DNA of 64,000 nucleotides from a bacterium (GTDB lineage Bacteria > Patescibacteriota > Microgenomatia > UBA1406 > GWC2-37-13): positions 32,540 to 96,539 of the forward strand of contig JAUSJK010000048.1 of the NCBI GenBank assembly GCA_030647255.1, given 5' to 3'. The translations under genes were made by a program, and so were the position numbers. Of the stretch, positions 10,470 to 20,176 are shown piece by piece (positions within the stretch are counted from its first letter, which is position 1; every line of letters starts with the position of its first letter). Below the pieces are notes generated by a model. The model saw nothing but the letters and a program-made list of their open reading frames with translations. It had not been told where the DNA came from and ran no database searches.

Positions 10470-10874
10470 ATGAAAAAAATTATGGGAATTATTACCATCG
10501 GCGCAGTAATCGTTGGGATTATGATTTTAAAAAATAAAACGAAAAGTGAGTGGAAAAATTATCAGAAGATTAAATATGCAATTGAAGGAAAGGAATATAA
10601 TCTACTGATTGCTGATACGCAAGAGAAGCAAAAAAAAGGACTAATGTATGTCACATCATTGGAAAACTACGACGGAATGATTTTTACATATTCACAACCT
10701 CAATCACTTTCGTTTTGGAATAAGAATACTTTAGTCGACCTTGATTTGTATTGGATTGTGAATGATAAGGTAGTTGGAAAAGCTGAACTACCGTCTATAC
10801 AAAAAAGTAAAGACACTGTCACGGTGACTTCTCCCAAAGAGGTAGATAAGGTTGTCGAAATTTTCGGTAAGTAG
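10470..10874 (+). CDS. DUF192 domain protein
   Basis: IADT..KGLM..GMIF..FWNKNTLVDLD..VVEI. Confidence 0.8.
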   Translation: MKKIMGIITIGAVIVGIMILKNKTKSEWKNYQKIKYAIEGKEYNLLIADTQEKQKKGLMYVTSLENYDGMIFTYSQPQSLSFWNKNTLVDLDLYWIVNDKVVGKAELPSIQKSKDTVTVTSPKEVDKVVEIFGK

Positions 10875-10881
10875 CTACCGC

Positions 10882-12075
10882 CTACTTACGTAGGGCTTCA
10901 ATCCCCGGGAGAGTTCCTTTTTCGATATATTCGAGCATGGCTCCTCCTCCTGTTGAAATATGGGTGATTTTATCCAGGTATTCCTTTTTTGAGATGGCGG
11001 CCAGTGTATCTCCACCGCCTACAATAGAAACGGCACCATCGTTATGTGTGATCGAATAGTAGATAAAATCAGTTCCATTTCGATAGCATGCATTTTCAAA
11101 ATAGCCCACTGGTCCATTCCAGATGATTGTTTTGGCTTTGGCAATAATGGCTCCAAATTTGGCCTGAGTTTCCGGTCCGATATCCAGAATCTGATCATCT
11201 CTTTGGACATTTTCGATTTTTTTGGTGATGCCGCAGACGATCTTATCGTCCGGTTTTCCTACGACTACGTCTGAAGGGAGAACGATGGAGGTGTTTTTTT
11301 GAGTCGCCATAAAAAGCAGGCGTCGGGCATTTTCTTTTTCATCGTATTCATAGATACTTTTTCCTATCTCATATCCCTCTGCGGCCAGAAATGTATTGGC
11401 CAAACCTCCGCCGATAATCAGATAGTCGGCAATCTCCAGAAGTTTATTAATAAGATTTATTTTTGTTGAAATTTTGGCGCCGCCCAAAATGGTTACCACC
11501 GGTTTTTGAGGATTTTTTATAGCATTCCCAATCATCTCAATTTCTTTTTTTAAAAGAAGTCCTCCGTATGAAGGTAGAAGTTCTGCGACCGCTACAACAG
11601 ATGAGTGAGCTCGATGACAGACCGCAAAGGCATCATTGACGTACACGTCAGCCAGTGAAGCAAGTTTTTTGGCTAATTCAAGATCGTTTCTCTTTTCTTC
11701 GGGATAATAACGGATATTTTCAAGCAAAATAATCTCATTTGTTTTTTGATTTTTTAACATTTCTTGACCCTCTGGTGATTGAAAGTCATCGATAAAAATA
11801 ATTGGATTGTCGGGTAGATATGTTTGTAGTCTCTCAGCTACAATTTTTAGTGAAAGTTTAGGATCACGGCCTGTAGGACGTCCTCTTTTAGCAACACAGA
11901 TAAGCCTATTGTGTTTACTTAATAAATATTTCATTGTCGGAAGATTTTGAGTGATGCGATAATCGTCGGCAATAGAACTATCAAGTTTTTGTGATACGTC
12001 AAAATCTACACGAAGAAGAATTCGTTTATCTTCTATTGATTCCTGATCGATAAATTTTATATCAGATGTGGGCAT
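10882..12075 (-). CDS. pgk: Phosphoglycerate kinase
   Basis: LLENIRY, VNDAFAVCHRAH, WNGPVG, VGGGDT and ISTGGGAMLE motifs. Confidence 0.95.
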   Translation of the reverse strand: MPTSDIKFIDQESIEDKRILLRVDFDVSQKLDSSIADDYRITQNLPTMKYLLSKHNRLICVAKRGRPTGRDPKLSLKIVAERLQTYLPDNPIIFIDDFQSPEGQEMLKNQKTNEIILLENIRYYPEEKRNDLELAKKLASLADVYVNDAFAVCHRAHSSVVAVAELLPSYGGLLLKKEIEMIGNAIKNPQKPVVTILGGAKISTKINLINKLLEIADYLIIGGGLANTFLAAEGYEIGKSIYEYDEKENARRLLFMATQKNTSIVLPSDVVVGKPDDKIVCGITKKIENVQRDDQILDIGPETQAKFGAIIAKAKTIIWNGPVGYFENACYRNGTDFIYYSITHNDGAVSIVGGGDTLAAISKKEYLDKITHISTGGGAMLEYIEKGTLPGIEALRK

Positions 12076-12111
12076 TTTCGTGCAACATGGAACGTGTAAC
12101 GTGTAACATTT

Positions 12112-13125
12112 CTAAACAAAAGAGGAAATTTTTTCTACAAGGTCAACAAGACGAGTGGAGTAGCCCCATTCGTTGTCATACCAGCCCATGATTTTGACCA
12201 TTGTACCATTGATGACTTTCGTATAGTTGGCATCAAAAATACATGAGTGGGGATTGCCGATGTAGTCGGAAGAGACGAGCGTCTCCGTTTCATACTGAAG
12301 GATATTTTTCATCGGTCCCTCTGACGCTTCTTTGAATTTTTGGTTTATTTCTTCAGCGGTTGTTTGTTTTTCAACTGTCACAACTACATCAGAGAGAGAA
12401 CCTACAGGAACAGGGATACGGACTGATCCGACCTCGATTTTTCCTTTCAGATCGGGAATAGTTTTGACGACGGCCTTGGCGGCGCCTGATGTGGAGGGAA
12501 TAATATTGGATATGGCAGAGCGGGAGCGGTCAAACGATTTACCCGTATCATCAAGCATGCTTTGTGTCAGCGTGATAGCATGGAGAGTGGTCAAAAATCC
12601 GGAAACGACTTTAAAATTATCATGAAGAACTTTAAACATGGGTGAGGCACAGTTGGTCGTACAAGAGGCATTTGAAATAATTGTCTCATTATTCCAGTCT
12701 ATTGCGTTGTCGTTTACTCCCAATACAATGTGCGGTATCTCTTCGTCTTTTGAAGGTGCGGTTAAGATGACTTTTTTGACGGATCCTTTGATATGTTTTT
12801 GAAGTTCGACTTTCGTACTGAATGCTCCTGTAGCATCAATAATGACATCGACTCCGTATTGATCCCATGGTATTGTTTCGGGGGTATCGGCAAGAGTACT
12901 TGTGATTTTTTTTCCGTCAACTTCGATTCCTCCCTCGATCTCTCTGACCGTCTTTCCAAATTTTCTATACACAGAGTCATATTGAAGAAGGTATCTCATC
13001 ATCGAATTGGAGGTTTTTCTGGTATTAATGATAACAATATCAAATGTATCTCTTGAAAGAGCAATACGACTGAATGCCCGGCCAATTCTTCCAAATCCGT
13101 TTAATCCCACTTTGACTCTTTTCAT
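12112..13125 (-). CDS. gap: Glyceraldehyde-3-phosphate dehydrogenase type I
   Basis: NGFGRIGR, SNASCTTNC and WYDNEWGYS motifs. Confidence 0.95.
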   Translation of the reverse strand: MKRVKVGLNGFGRIGRAFSRIALSRDTFDIVIINTRKTSNSMMRYLLQYDSVYRKFGKTVREIEGGIEVDGKKITSTLADTPETIPWDQYGVDVIIDATGAFSTKVELQKHIKGSVKKVILTAPSKDEEIPHIVLGVNDNAIDWNNETIISNASCTTNCASPMFKVLHDNFKVVSGFLTTLHAITLTQSMLDDTGKSFDRSRSAISNIIPSTSGAAKAVVKTIPDLKGKIEVGSVRIPVPVGSLSDVVVTVEKQTTAEEINQKFKEASEGPMKNILQYETETLVSSDYIGNPHSCIFDANYTKVINGTMVKIMGWYDNEWGYSTRLVDLVEKISSFV

Positions 13126-13182
13126 GTAAAGATAGTAATTAGTAATTACAGGTTCAATAATACCCTAGTCTAAGGTATTTTT

Positions 13183-14133
13183 TCAACTTTTGATACTAGA
13201 GAGGTATTTATCGATTTCCTGAGAACTACCCAATACTATCGGGGTGCGTTGATGAACAGAAGTGGGCGTTATTTCCAACGGGTCCGCAGTTCCCGAGATA
13301 GACTTTCCGCCTGCTTGGTTTACAATAAACGACATCGGATTTACTTCAAACATCAATCTCAGTTTACCTTGAGCATTTTTAAAATCGGCAGGGTGTAAAA
13401 AAATACCACCTTTTAATAACGTCCGGTGAATATCGGCCACCATAGACCCGACATATCTCAATTTATATTTTTTTTCCTTCTTGAGAGAGGAAATGTAGTT
13501 TTTGACTTTTATATCAAACATCTCAAAGTAACCTTCATTGATAGAATACGTCGAGCCTTTTTCAGGAATGCGGATATTCGGATGGGACAAGAGAAAACTG
13601 CCGATTGATGGATCAAGAGTAAAGCCGTTGACACCCGAACCGGAAGTATAGACGAACATGATGCTTGATCCGTAGACAACATATCCTGCAGCTACTTGTT
13701 GAGAGCCCTTTTGTAAATAATTCCCAGAATTTTTGTAAATGGAAAAAATTGTTCCGATACTTACATTGGTGTCGATATTGGATGAACCGTCGAGAGGATC
13801 AAAAAAAATAGCATAGTGTCCTTTATTTTTGAGTCGGATCGGTTTTTCGAGTTCTTCGGATGCGATTGTCGAAACTAAATTACTACTCGATAGTATATTG
13901 ACCAGAAGATCATTTGAAAACACGTCCAGTTTTTGTACTTCTTCCTCATAGACATTTGTTCCGCCTGTTTGACCCAATATATCGACGAGCCCTGCCTTTT
14001 TAATATGGCTGCCGATGATTTTAGTCGCATTTTCAATGAGTGTCATGAGAAGTGTAAAGTTGCCTGTTGCCTGAGGGAATTTTGATTCTTCTTCCAAAAT
14101 AAACTCTGTCAATGTCGTGACATTTTTAAACAT
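13183..14133 (-). CDS. fbp: Fructose-1,6-bisphosphatase class 1
   Basis: SEE, FDPLDGSSNID, RYVGSMVAD and GKLRLMFE motifs. Confidence 0.95.
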   Translation of the reverse strand: MFKNVTTLTEFILEEESKFPQATGNFTLLMTLIENATKIIGSHIKKAGLVDILGQTGGTNVYEEEVQKLDVFSNDLLVNILSSSNLVSTIASEELEKPIRLKNKGHYAIFFDPLDGSSNIDTNVSIGTIFSIYKNSGNYLQKGSQQVAAGYVVYGSSIMFVYTSGSGVNGFTLDPSIGSFLLSHPNIRIPEKGSTYSINEGYFEMFDIKVKNYISSLKKEKKYKLRYVGSMVADIHRTLLKGGIFLHPADFKNAQGKLRLMFEVNPMSFIVNQAGGKSISGTADPLEITPTSVHQRTPIVLGSSQEIDKYLSSIKS

Positions 14134-14147
14134 AGTGTTTCGTCATA

Positions 14148-15152
14148 TTATAATTCTCCCATGCTCGCCTGATAGACTTTTTGGGCCCGACTGATAAATA
14201 CTTTTTGAGCGGCGGCAACATTCTCCGCTTTTCCGCCCCAGGCTTCAATTGCTTCGCCTTGAAGAGCTCTTCCGTAAGAAGCGGTAATTCGCCATGGATA
14301 TTTTTCCTCGCTTTTAAGTTTCATTTTATTCATTTCATTCAAATGAGCGGTTGCCAGATCGGGGCTTTGACCGCCGGATAAAAATGCAATACCCGGTACA
14401 TTATCAGGTACGATGTGTTTGAGTGTCTCTAGGGTTATTTGGGCGACTTGCTCTACGCTCGCTTGCTGGGCATTTTTCTTGCCCGCCGTAATCATATTTG
14501 GTTTGAGAATAATACCTTGGGTATGAACGCCATATTTTTTTAACTGTAGGAAAACATTTTTTAATACTTCTTGAGTAACACCCTCATCTCTATCTAAAGT
14601 ATGGTCGCCGTCCATGAGGACTTCAGGCTCTACGATCGGTACGATCTCTGCGTCTTGACAAAGCAAAGCGTACAACGCAAGATCATGAGCGTTTCGTTGA
14701 ACAGAAATATCCGACGGAGATGTGAGGTCTATCGTATAGACCGCTCTCCATTTGGCAAACCTGGCTCCCAATTCCCGGTATTCAATCAGCCGTTTAGCAA
14801 GACCGTCAAAACCCTGAGTGTACGTATCTTGGCCACTTTGAGGAATGGGAGTAGTTCCTTTATCCACTTTTATTCCGGGTACGATACCCATTTTCTCGAG
14901 CAATTGTGGAAAAGGAACGCCGTTATCTGTTGTTTGGCGGATGGTTTCGTCGTATAAGATGACACCACTGACATAATCTCCGATTCCTTCGGCGGTAAAA
15001 AGAAGTTGTCTATAGAGTCTGTTAATTTCTGGAGTGGACTGAACTCCTATGGTAGCCATTCGTTTGGTGATAGTAGAGGTGCTTTCATCGGCCGCAAGAA
15101 TTGTTCGTGAGACGACTTCTTTAGCAGTTTGTGCCAATTTTTGTGTGTCCAT
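14148..15152 (-). CDS. fba: Fructose-bisphosphate aldolase class I
   Basis: ILAADES, GIKVDKG, FAKWR, PIVEPEV, LKPNM, FLSGGQS and YGRALQ motifs. Confidence 0.93.
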   Translation of the reverse strand: MDTQKLAQTAKEVVSRTILAADESTSTITKRMATIGVQSTPEINRLYRQLLFTAEGIGDYVSGVILYDETIRQTTDNGVPFPQLLEKMGIVPGIKVDKGTTPIPQSGQDTYTQGFDGLAKRLIEYRELGARFAKWRAVYTIDLTSPSDISVQRNAHDLALYALLCQDAEIVPIVEPEVLMDGDHTLDRDEGVTQEVLKNVFLQLKKYGVHTQGIILKPNMITAGKKNAQQASVEQVAQITLETLKHIVPDNVPGIAFLSGGQSPDLATAHLNEMNKMKLKSEEKYPWRITASYGRALQGEAIEAWGGKAENVAAAQKVFISRAQKVYQASMGEL

Positions 15153-15276
15153 AGATACTAATAATTAATAATTTCATACACTATCATACACTCAGTATAT
15201 TTTATTTGTCAACAGAATCTATTCTTCTCTATTATATAATGAAAATAGAACTTGAAAGTAAATAAATAAAGACTAT

Positions 15277-15687
15277 ATGGACTGTGTTTTCTGCAAAATT
15301 ATCAAAGGCGAGCTACCGTCGTACAAAATCTACGAGGATGAGAATTTTTTGGGATTTTTAGATATCCGTCCATTAAACCCGGGTAATTCAATTCTTATTC
15401 CAAAGAAACACTATCGCTGGGTATACGATGTGCCAAATTTTGGAGAGTACTGGGAAGCCGCTAAGAAAATTGTCATCGCGACGGAAAAAACGATCAAACC
15501 AAATTCAATTAACTTTTTGACCCTAGGTTATGAAGTGCCACATGCTCATATTCGTATTATTCCTCGATTTGATAACGATAATCATACCGACGGAATTCGT
15601 TTAAGTGCGATAAAAAATATATCGAAGGAAAGAATGGAAGAAATAGCCAATAAAATTAGAGAGGCAATAAAATCAGTTAAAAGTTAG
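15277..15687 (+). CDS. HIT family protein
   Basis: CVFCKI...VPHAHIRIIPR. Confidence 0.9.
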   Translation: MDCVFCKIIKGELPSYKIYEDENFLGFLDIRPLNPGNSILIPKKHYRWVYDVPNFGEYWEAAKKIVIATEKTIKPNSINFLTLGYEVPHAHIRIIPRFDNDNHTDGIRLSAIKNISKERMEEIANKIREAIKSVKS

Positions 15688-17408
15688 AAACAATACCATT
15701 TATCTTTCTTCAGTTGTTCTGCCCGTAGAAGAAGTAGAGGATTTTGCAGTTGTTGATTATAAAGTGTTTTTTGTATCGTACAGGACTGTAGGTTGAGTTC
15801 GGCGGCTTTATCAAACGCTTTTTGAAACGATTCATTCTGCTCAAATAAAGAGAATATGCGGGCCAATCGTAAGAGATATAAATAATCACTCTGTGTGTCT
15901 ATCAGATTATTGAAATATCCTGCTGACAAACGAATGTCTTCTACTTTTTTATCCTTCGTAAAAATCACCATGGCCCGATCAAGATATACCATCCGCCAAC
16001 TTGTATCTTTATACATATGTATGAGGAATGTTTCCGCCCAAGGGGTTTGATCCGTATGGGCAAACACAACTGTTCGTATCTGATATTTTTCAAATATGTG
16101 TTTTTGAAGTTCGGGATCCTGCTGAAGTTTTATATAGATATCTTGAATAAAATCTTTCGGGTAGGCTTCGGGACGGTTATCAATAAATACTTTATATTGA
16201 GGATATAAACGGTAAATAAGATATCCGCCGATGTCAAAATTATTGAATATATTTCCATCAATTTTATTTTCCAGCATAAAATCACTGGCTTTTTTACCGT
16301 CTTCCAGGAGGTGATATCCAAACCGTGATTGAATATCAAAAGTGCGGGAGTATACATTTCCAGCGAAGAAATATATTCCTAAAGGAAGAATGCAGAGTAA
16401 GATTGTATATCCGACGGTGCGAATAATATTGATGTCTTTTTTTATCCGCTTAAAAAGGAAAGATAAAAAATCAGCATACGCGATGCTTAATACGGGAATA
16501 GTCGTCAGTACGAAAAAAGGCATGTGTCGTATCTGCTTAAATGCCAGAAAATAAAAAAGAAGGAGGATTAATGCTTCAATATATTTTTTCTTTATTGCAA
16601 GAATGAGCGCACCAAAAAGTATGAGAGGAGAGAGAAGAAAAAAGTATGTAATGAGAGGATTAAAGGTGACTGCGTGTAAAAATAAAAGGTCCTGATTTTC
16701 AACGATAGGATAGCCATAATTTTGGAAGATGGATAAAGGATAGAGAAGTCCTTGGATTCCATGGGGGTTTATCAATAAGGCGATAAAAGACGTTATGAGT
16801 ATTGCGATTATTTTTTTATCTTTAAACAATTCTTTCTTATGAATAATGAGCATTTTGAATATAAGAAAAAAAGCAAGCATCACCCCGAAGACGAATGAGA
16901 TGTGAAAATTAATCCATAAAAATAGAGATATAGGAAGAAAAATAAGCAATTTTTTAGATGACGGATAGTGGAGGAGAATCATCAACATAAGTGAAAATAG
17001 CACATATCCGAATAATTCAGGCCGTATATCCGATCGTTCAAGAAGGAGGGGGACAAAGATGGTAGTAAAGAAAACAGCGACAAAAAAGCCACCTTTTTTT
17101 ATTGAGGTGTAAGTGCCTATTCCTACGGCCGCCATAACTAATAGTACTTTAAGGAACATCAGCAGAGGGAATCCCAAAAGAGCATTCATCACATAAAAAA
17201 TGACTTCGGAAAGCCAGTGATGGTTGAAGAAAGGGTAGTCTTGATTGGTAAAAGAAAATAAATTAGTCGAAGGGACAGATCTGGTACTGAGAATAATCTC
17301 TGCGAGTTTGATATGTCTCCCTAGATCCTGATTAAAATCTCGACTCCAGGTGAATGTGACGGAGAATATAAACAGAAATAATAATCCAAGAATTATTTTT
17401 TTGAACAT
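15684..17408 (-). CDS. Polytopic membrane protein, GT-C glycosyltransferase-like
   Basis: DLGRHIK, HHWLSE, RPELF, LWINFH, INPHG, GGYLIY and FIDNRPE motifs; many TM helices. Confidence 0.6.
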   Translation of the reverse strand: MFKKIILGLLFLFIFSVTFTWSRDFNQDLGRHIKLAEIILSTRSVPSTNLFSFTNQDYPFFNHHWLSEVIFYVMNALLGFPLLMFLKVLLVMAAVGIGTYTSIKKGGFFVAVFFTTIFVPLLLERSDIRPELFGYVLFSLMLMILLHYPSSKKLLIFLPISLFLWINFHISFVFGVMLAFFLIFKMLIIHKKELFKDKKIIAILITSFIALLINPHGIQGLLYPLSIFQNYGYPIVENQDLLFLHAVTFNPLITYFFLLSPLILFGALILAIKKKYIEALILLLFYFLAFKQIRHMPFFVLTTIPVLSIAYADFLSFLFKRIKKDINIIRTVGYTILLCILPLGIYFFAGNVYSRTFDIQSRFGYHLLEDGKKASDFMLENKIDGNIFNNFDIGGYLIYRLYPQYKVFIDNRPEAYPKDFIQDIYIKLQQDPELQKHIFEKYQIRTVVFAHTDQTPWAETFLIHMYKDTSWRMVYLDRAMVIFTKDKKVEDIRLSAGYFNNLIDTQSDYLYLLRLARIFSLFEQNESFQKAFDKAAELNLQSCTIQKTLYNQQLQNPLLLLRAEQLKKDKWYCF

Positions 17409-17420
17409 AGTCTAATGATA

Positions 17421-17657
17421 TCAAGGAACAGGCTCATAGCCGCCTTTACTCCACGGATGACAGCGGAGGATTCTTTTTAACCCGAGCCAGAGTCCTTTCG
17501 CACTTCCATATTTTTCGACTGCCTGGTAGGTATATTCAGAACAGGTGGGGGAGAAGCGGCAGACTTGATCGGACATGAATAGAGTACGAAAGATAAAGAG
17601 GTGGAAGAAGGAGGTATGCTGATAAGCTCGAATAATTTTTAAGATTATTAATTTCAT
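17421..17657 (-). CDS. yidD: Membrane protein insertion efficiency factor
   Basis: [10 protein letters not shown]...[17 protein letters not shown]. Confidence 0.93.
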   Translation of the reverse strand: MKLIILKIIRAYQHTSFFHLFIFRTLFMSDQVCRFSPTCSEYTYQAVEKYGSAKGLWLGLKRILRCHPWSKGGYEPVP

Positions 17658-17671
17658 AAGATTATTTTTTC

Positions 17672-17799
17672 GTCATTCTGGGGAGGAGCAGTTCGGCAAG
17701 CTCACTGTGAATTACGACGACTCCAGAATCGTAGTTAATTATAATATTTACAACGATCCTGGACAAGACCCAAAGGGTCCCCTTCAGGGCCAGGATGAC
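17672..17799. repeat. Composite CGTC-tagged palindromic element, copy C (two nested inserts)
   Basis: GTCATTCTGG..CCAGAATCG..CGATCCTGGACAAG[acccaaagggtccccttcaggg]CCAGGATGAC. Confidence 0.85.
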
Positions 17800-17835
17800 G
17801 GAATGTATTTTCTGCGATTATAGTAGAATTAGTAT

Positions 17836-18600
17836 ATGAAGATCACCATCATTACTCTTTTTCCCAACATGGTCAGCGGGTTTTTTAACGAAAGCATTGT
17901 CAAAAAAGCCCGGGAAAAAGGACTGGTTGAAATTGAACTCGTGAATTTACGGGATTTTGCTATCGACTCATATGGGAGTGTGGACGACAGACCGTATGGT
18001 GGAGGAGCAGGGATGGTGATGCGGGCGGATGTTGTCTATGCGGCGTTAGAACGTTGTAACATCAAAACTTCAAAAGGTTCGAAATATAGGACTCTTCTTA
18101 CTTCACCTCGAGGTATACAGTTTAGCCAAAAAAAAGCGGAAGAATATTCGACATTGGAACATATTGTTATTATCGCCGGGCATTACGAAGGAATAGATGA
18201 AAGGGTCAGTGAGTTCGTCGATGAGGAGGTTTCTTTGGGAGACTTTGTCATGACAGGCGGAGAGATGACGGCCGCCGCAATTACAGACTCTGTCGTTCGG
18301 CTTTTACCCGGGGTTCTCAAGAAAGATACGGCAACTGCTGAAGAAAGTTTTTCTTATGCTTCGATTATTCGAATAATCGAAGCAGTCGGTGAAAATGAGA
18401 CACTTACGGCTTTGAAGAAAAAAGGAGTAGACCGTGTCAGACTGCTTGAATACCCCCACTACACGAGACCGGAAGACTTTATGAATAAAAAAGTTCCCGA
18501 TGTTCTTCTTTCAGGAAACCATAAAGAAATAGAAAAATGGAGAATTCAAAAGGCATTTGAAGAAACTCTCAAAAGAAGGCCTGACCTTTTGCAATTATAA
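17836..18600 (+). CDS. trmD: tRNA (guanine37-N1)-methyltransferase
   Basis: VDDRPYGGGAGMVM, GHYEGIDER, SLGDFVMTGGE and LEYPHYTRP motifs. Confidence 0.95.
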   Translation: MKITIITLFPNMVSGFFNESIVKKAREKGLVEIELVNLRDFAIDSYGSVDDRPYGGGAGMVMRADVVYAALERCNIKTSKGSKYRTLLTSPRGIQFSQKKAEEYSTLEHIVIIAGHYEGIDERVSEFVDEEVSLGDFVMTGGEMTAAAITDSVVRLLPGVLKKDTATAEESFSYASIIRIIEAVGENETLTALKKKGVDRVRLLEYPHYTRPEDFMNKKVPDVLLSGNHKEIEKWRIQKAFEETLKRRPDLLQL

Positions 18601-18655
18601 GTAATAATTTAAATATTCTTGCTTCTTGGCAACTTTTTTGATATACATATACCCT

Positions 18656-19336
18656 ATGATTTCGCTTAGCCACACGACAAAAAAATTTAAAGATACGATC
18701 GCTCTTCAGAATATAACGTTTACGGCGAAAGAAGGGGAGATTATCGGATTTTTGGGACCGAATGGCGCTGGTAAAACTACGACGATGAGATTGATACTCG
18801 GATATCTGACGCCCACATCAGGTAAAGTAACTGTGGATGGTGTCGATCCGCTTAAAGATAGAATTAAAATACTGCGTCAGATAGGCTATCTGCCTGAAAA
18901 TAATCCACTGTATTCAGAGATGAGAGTGAGAGAGTATCTTTTGTTTATCGCCGAGGTAAAAGGAGCCTCAGACATCATGTCGTATGCAGAAGATGTAGGA
19001 TTGACGGATGTGATTGAGAAAAAGATTGAAGAGCTTTCACGGGGTTATAAACAGCGGGTGGGGCTGGCGGCAGCGCTTGTAGCAGATCCTCCTATATTGA
19101 TACTTGATGAACCTACCTCCGGTCTTGATCCTCTCGAACAGGAAAAAATACGGGTACTTATTAAAAAAATAGCCAAAAAAAAGACGATTATTTTTTCTAC
19201 TCACATTTTGTCCGAAGTGGAAGATGTAGCCAACCGCCTGATCATCATCAATAAAGGAAGTATTGTGTATGACGGCAGTAAACCGAAAGGAAAGGGAGGA
19301 GTAGAAAAATTGTTTAAAAGACTAGTTAAGAGTTAG
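18656..19336 (+). CDS. ABC transporter ATPase (GldA-like)
   Basis: GPNGAGKTT, LSRGYKQR and ILDEPT motifs. Confidence 0.9.
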   Translation: MISLSHTTKKFKDTIALQNITFTAKEGEIIGFLGPNGAGKTTTMRLILGYLTPTSGKVTVDGVDPLKDRIKILRQIGYLPENNPLYSEMRVREYLLFIAEVKGASDIMSYAEDVGLTDVIEKKIEELSRGYKQRVGLAAALVADPPILILDEPTSGLDPLEQEKIRVLIKKIAKKKTIIFSTHILSEVEDVANRLIIINKGSIVYDGSKPKGKGGVEKLFKRLVKS

Positions 19337-19353
19337 GAATCATTACATTATTC

Positions 19354-19447
19354 GTCATCCTGGTAAGTCCTTCGACTTTGCTCAGGACGCATCCAGGATC
19401 GTTGTGAATACTATAATTAACGAGGATTCTGGACAAGCCAGAATGAC
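19354..19447. repeat. Composite CGTC-tagged palindromic element, copy D, inside the ABC operon
   Basis: GTCATCCTGG..CCAGGATCG..GATTCTGGACAAGCCAGAATGAC. Confidence 0.85.
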
Positions 19448-19473
19448 GTAAAGACTTTTGAATATTTAATTTT

Positions 19474-20175
19474 ATGTTTACACTTTATAAAAAAGAACTG
19501 AATTATTATCTCAATAATCCGATAGGGTATATCGTGGTAATTTTATTTGGCGTGTTTGCCAATTTTCTTTTCCTGAAAGATATATTTGTCGTCGGATCGG
19601 CTTCGATGCGGCCTTTTTTTAGTCTATTGCCTTGGCTTTTTCTTGTATTTATACCGGCATTATCTATGCGCAGTATTTCTGAAGAAAAACGTACAAATAC
19701 TATCGAAACACTCCTTTCATTACCTATATCCGAAACGCAGATCGTCCTGGCCAAATTTTTAGCACTTATGTCGCTCGTGATTTTAGGTCTAGTCATGACG
19801 ATAGGTCTGCCTGTTTCCCTCTCCTTACTTACGAAGATATATTATCCTGAAATAATTGTCGGTTATCTGGGAATGATATGTATTGGAGGAGCGATTGTTT
19901 CTGTGTCGATGCTTTTCTCTTCTCTGACCAAAAATCAGGTGGTCGCATTTTTATCATCCATATTGGTGGTATTTATTTTTTATATCATTGGGACTGATTT
20001 TAGCGCATCAGTACTGCCGAAGTTTATTCAGGATTTCGTAAGCTACTATAGTCCTTTATACCAACTGGAGAACTTCATGAAGGGAATACTCGATATAAGG
20101 TCGATATTTTATTTCATTAGTTTAATCATAGTCTTTCTTGTCCTCACGGTTATTGATTTGGAAAAAAGAAGTTGA
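19474..20175 (+). CDS. ABC-2 permease (GldF-like)
   Basis: KKELNYY..PIGY, PALSMRSISEEK and SSLTKNQVVAF motifs. Confidence 0.85.
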   Translation: MFTLYKKELNYYLNNPIGYIVVILFGVFANFLFLKDIFVVGSASMRPFFSLLPWLFLVFIPALSMRSISEEKRTNTIETLLSLPISETQIVLAKFLALMSLVILGLVMTIGLPVSLSLLTKIYYPEIIVGYLGMICIGGAIVSVSMLFSSLTKNQVVAFLSSILVVFIFYIIGTDFSASVLPKFIQDFVSYYSPLYQLENFMKGILDIRSIFYFISLIIVFLVLTVIDLEKRS

Positions 20176-20176
20176 T

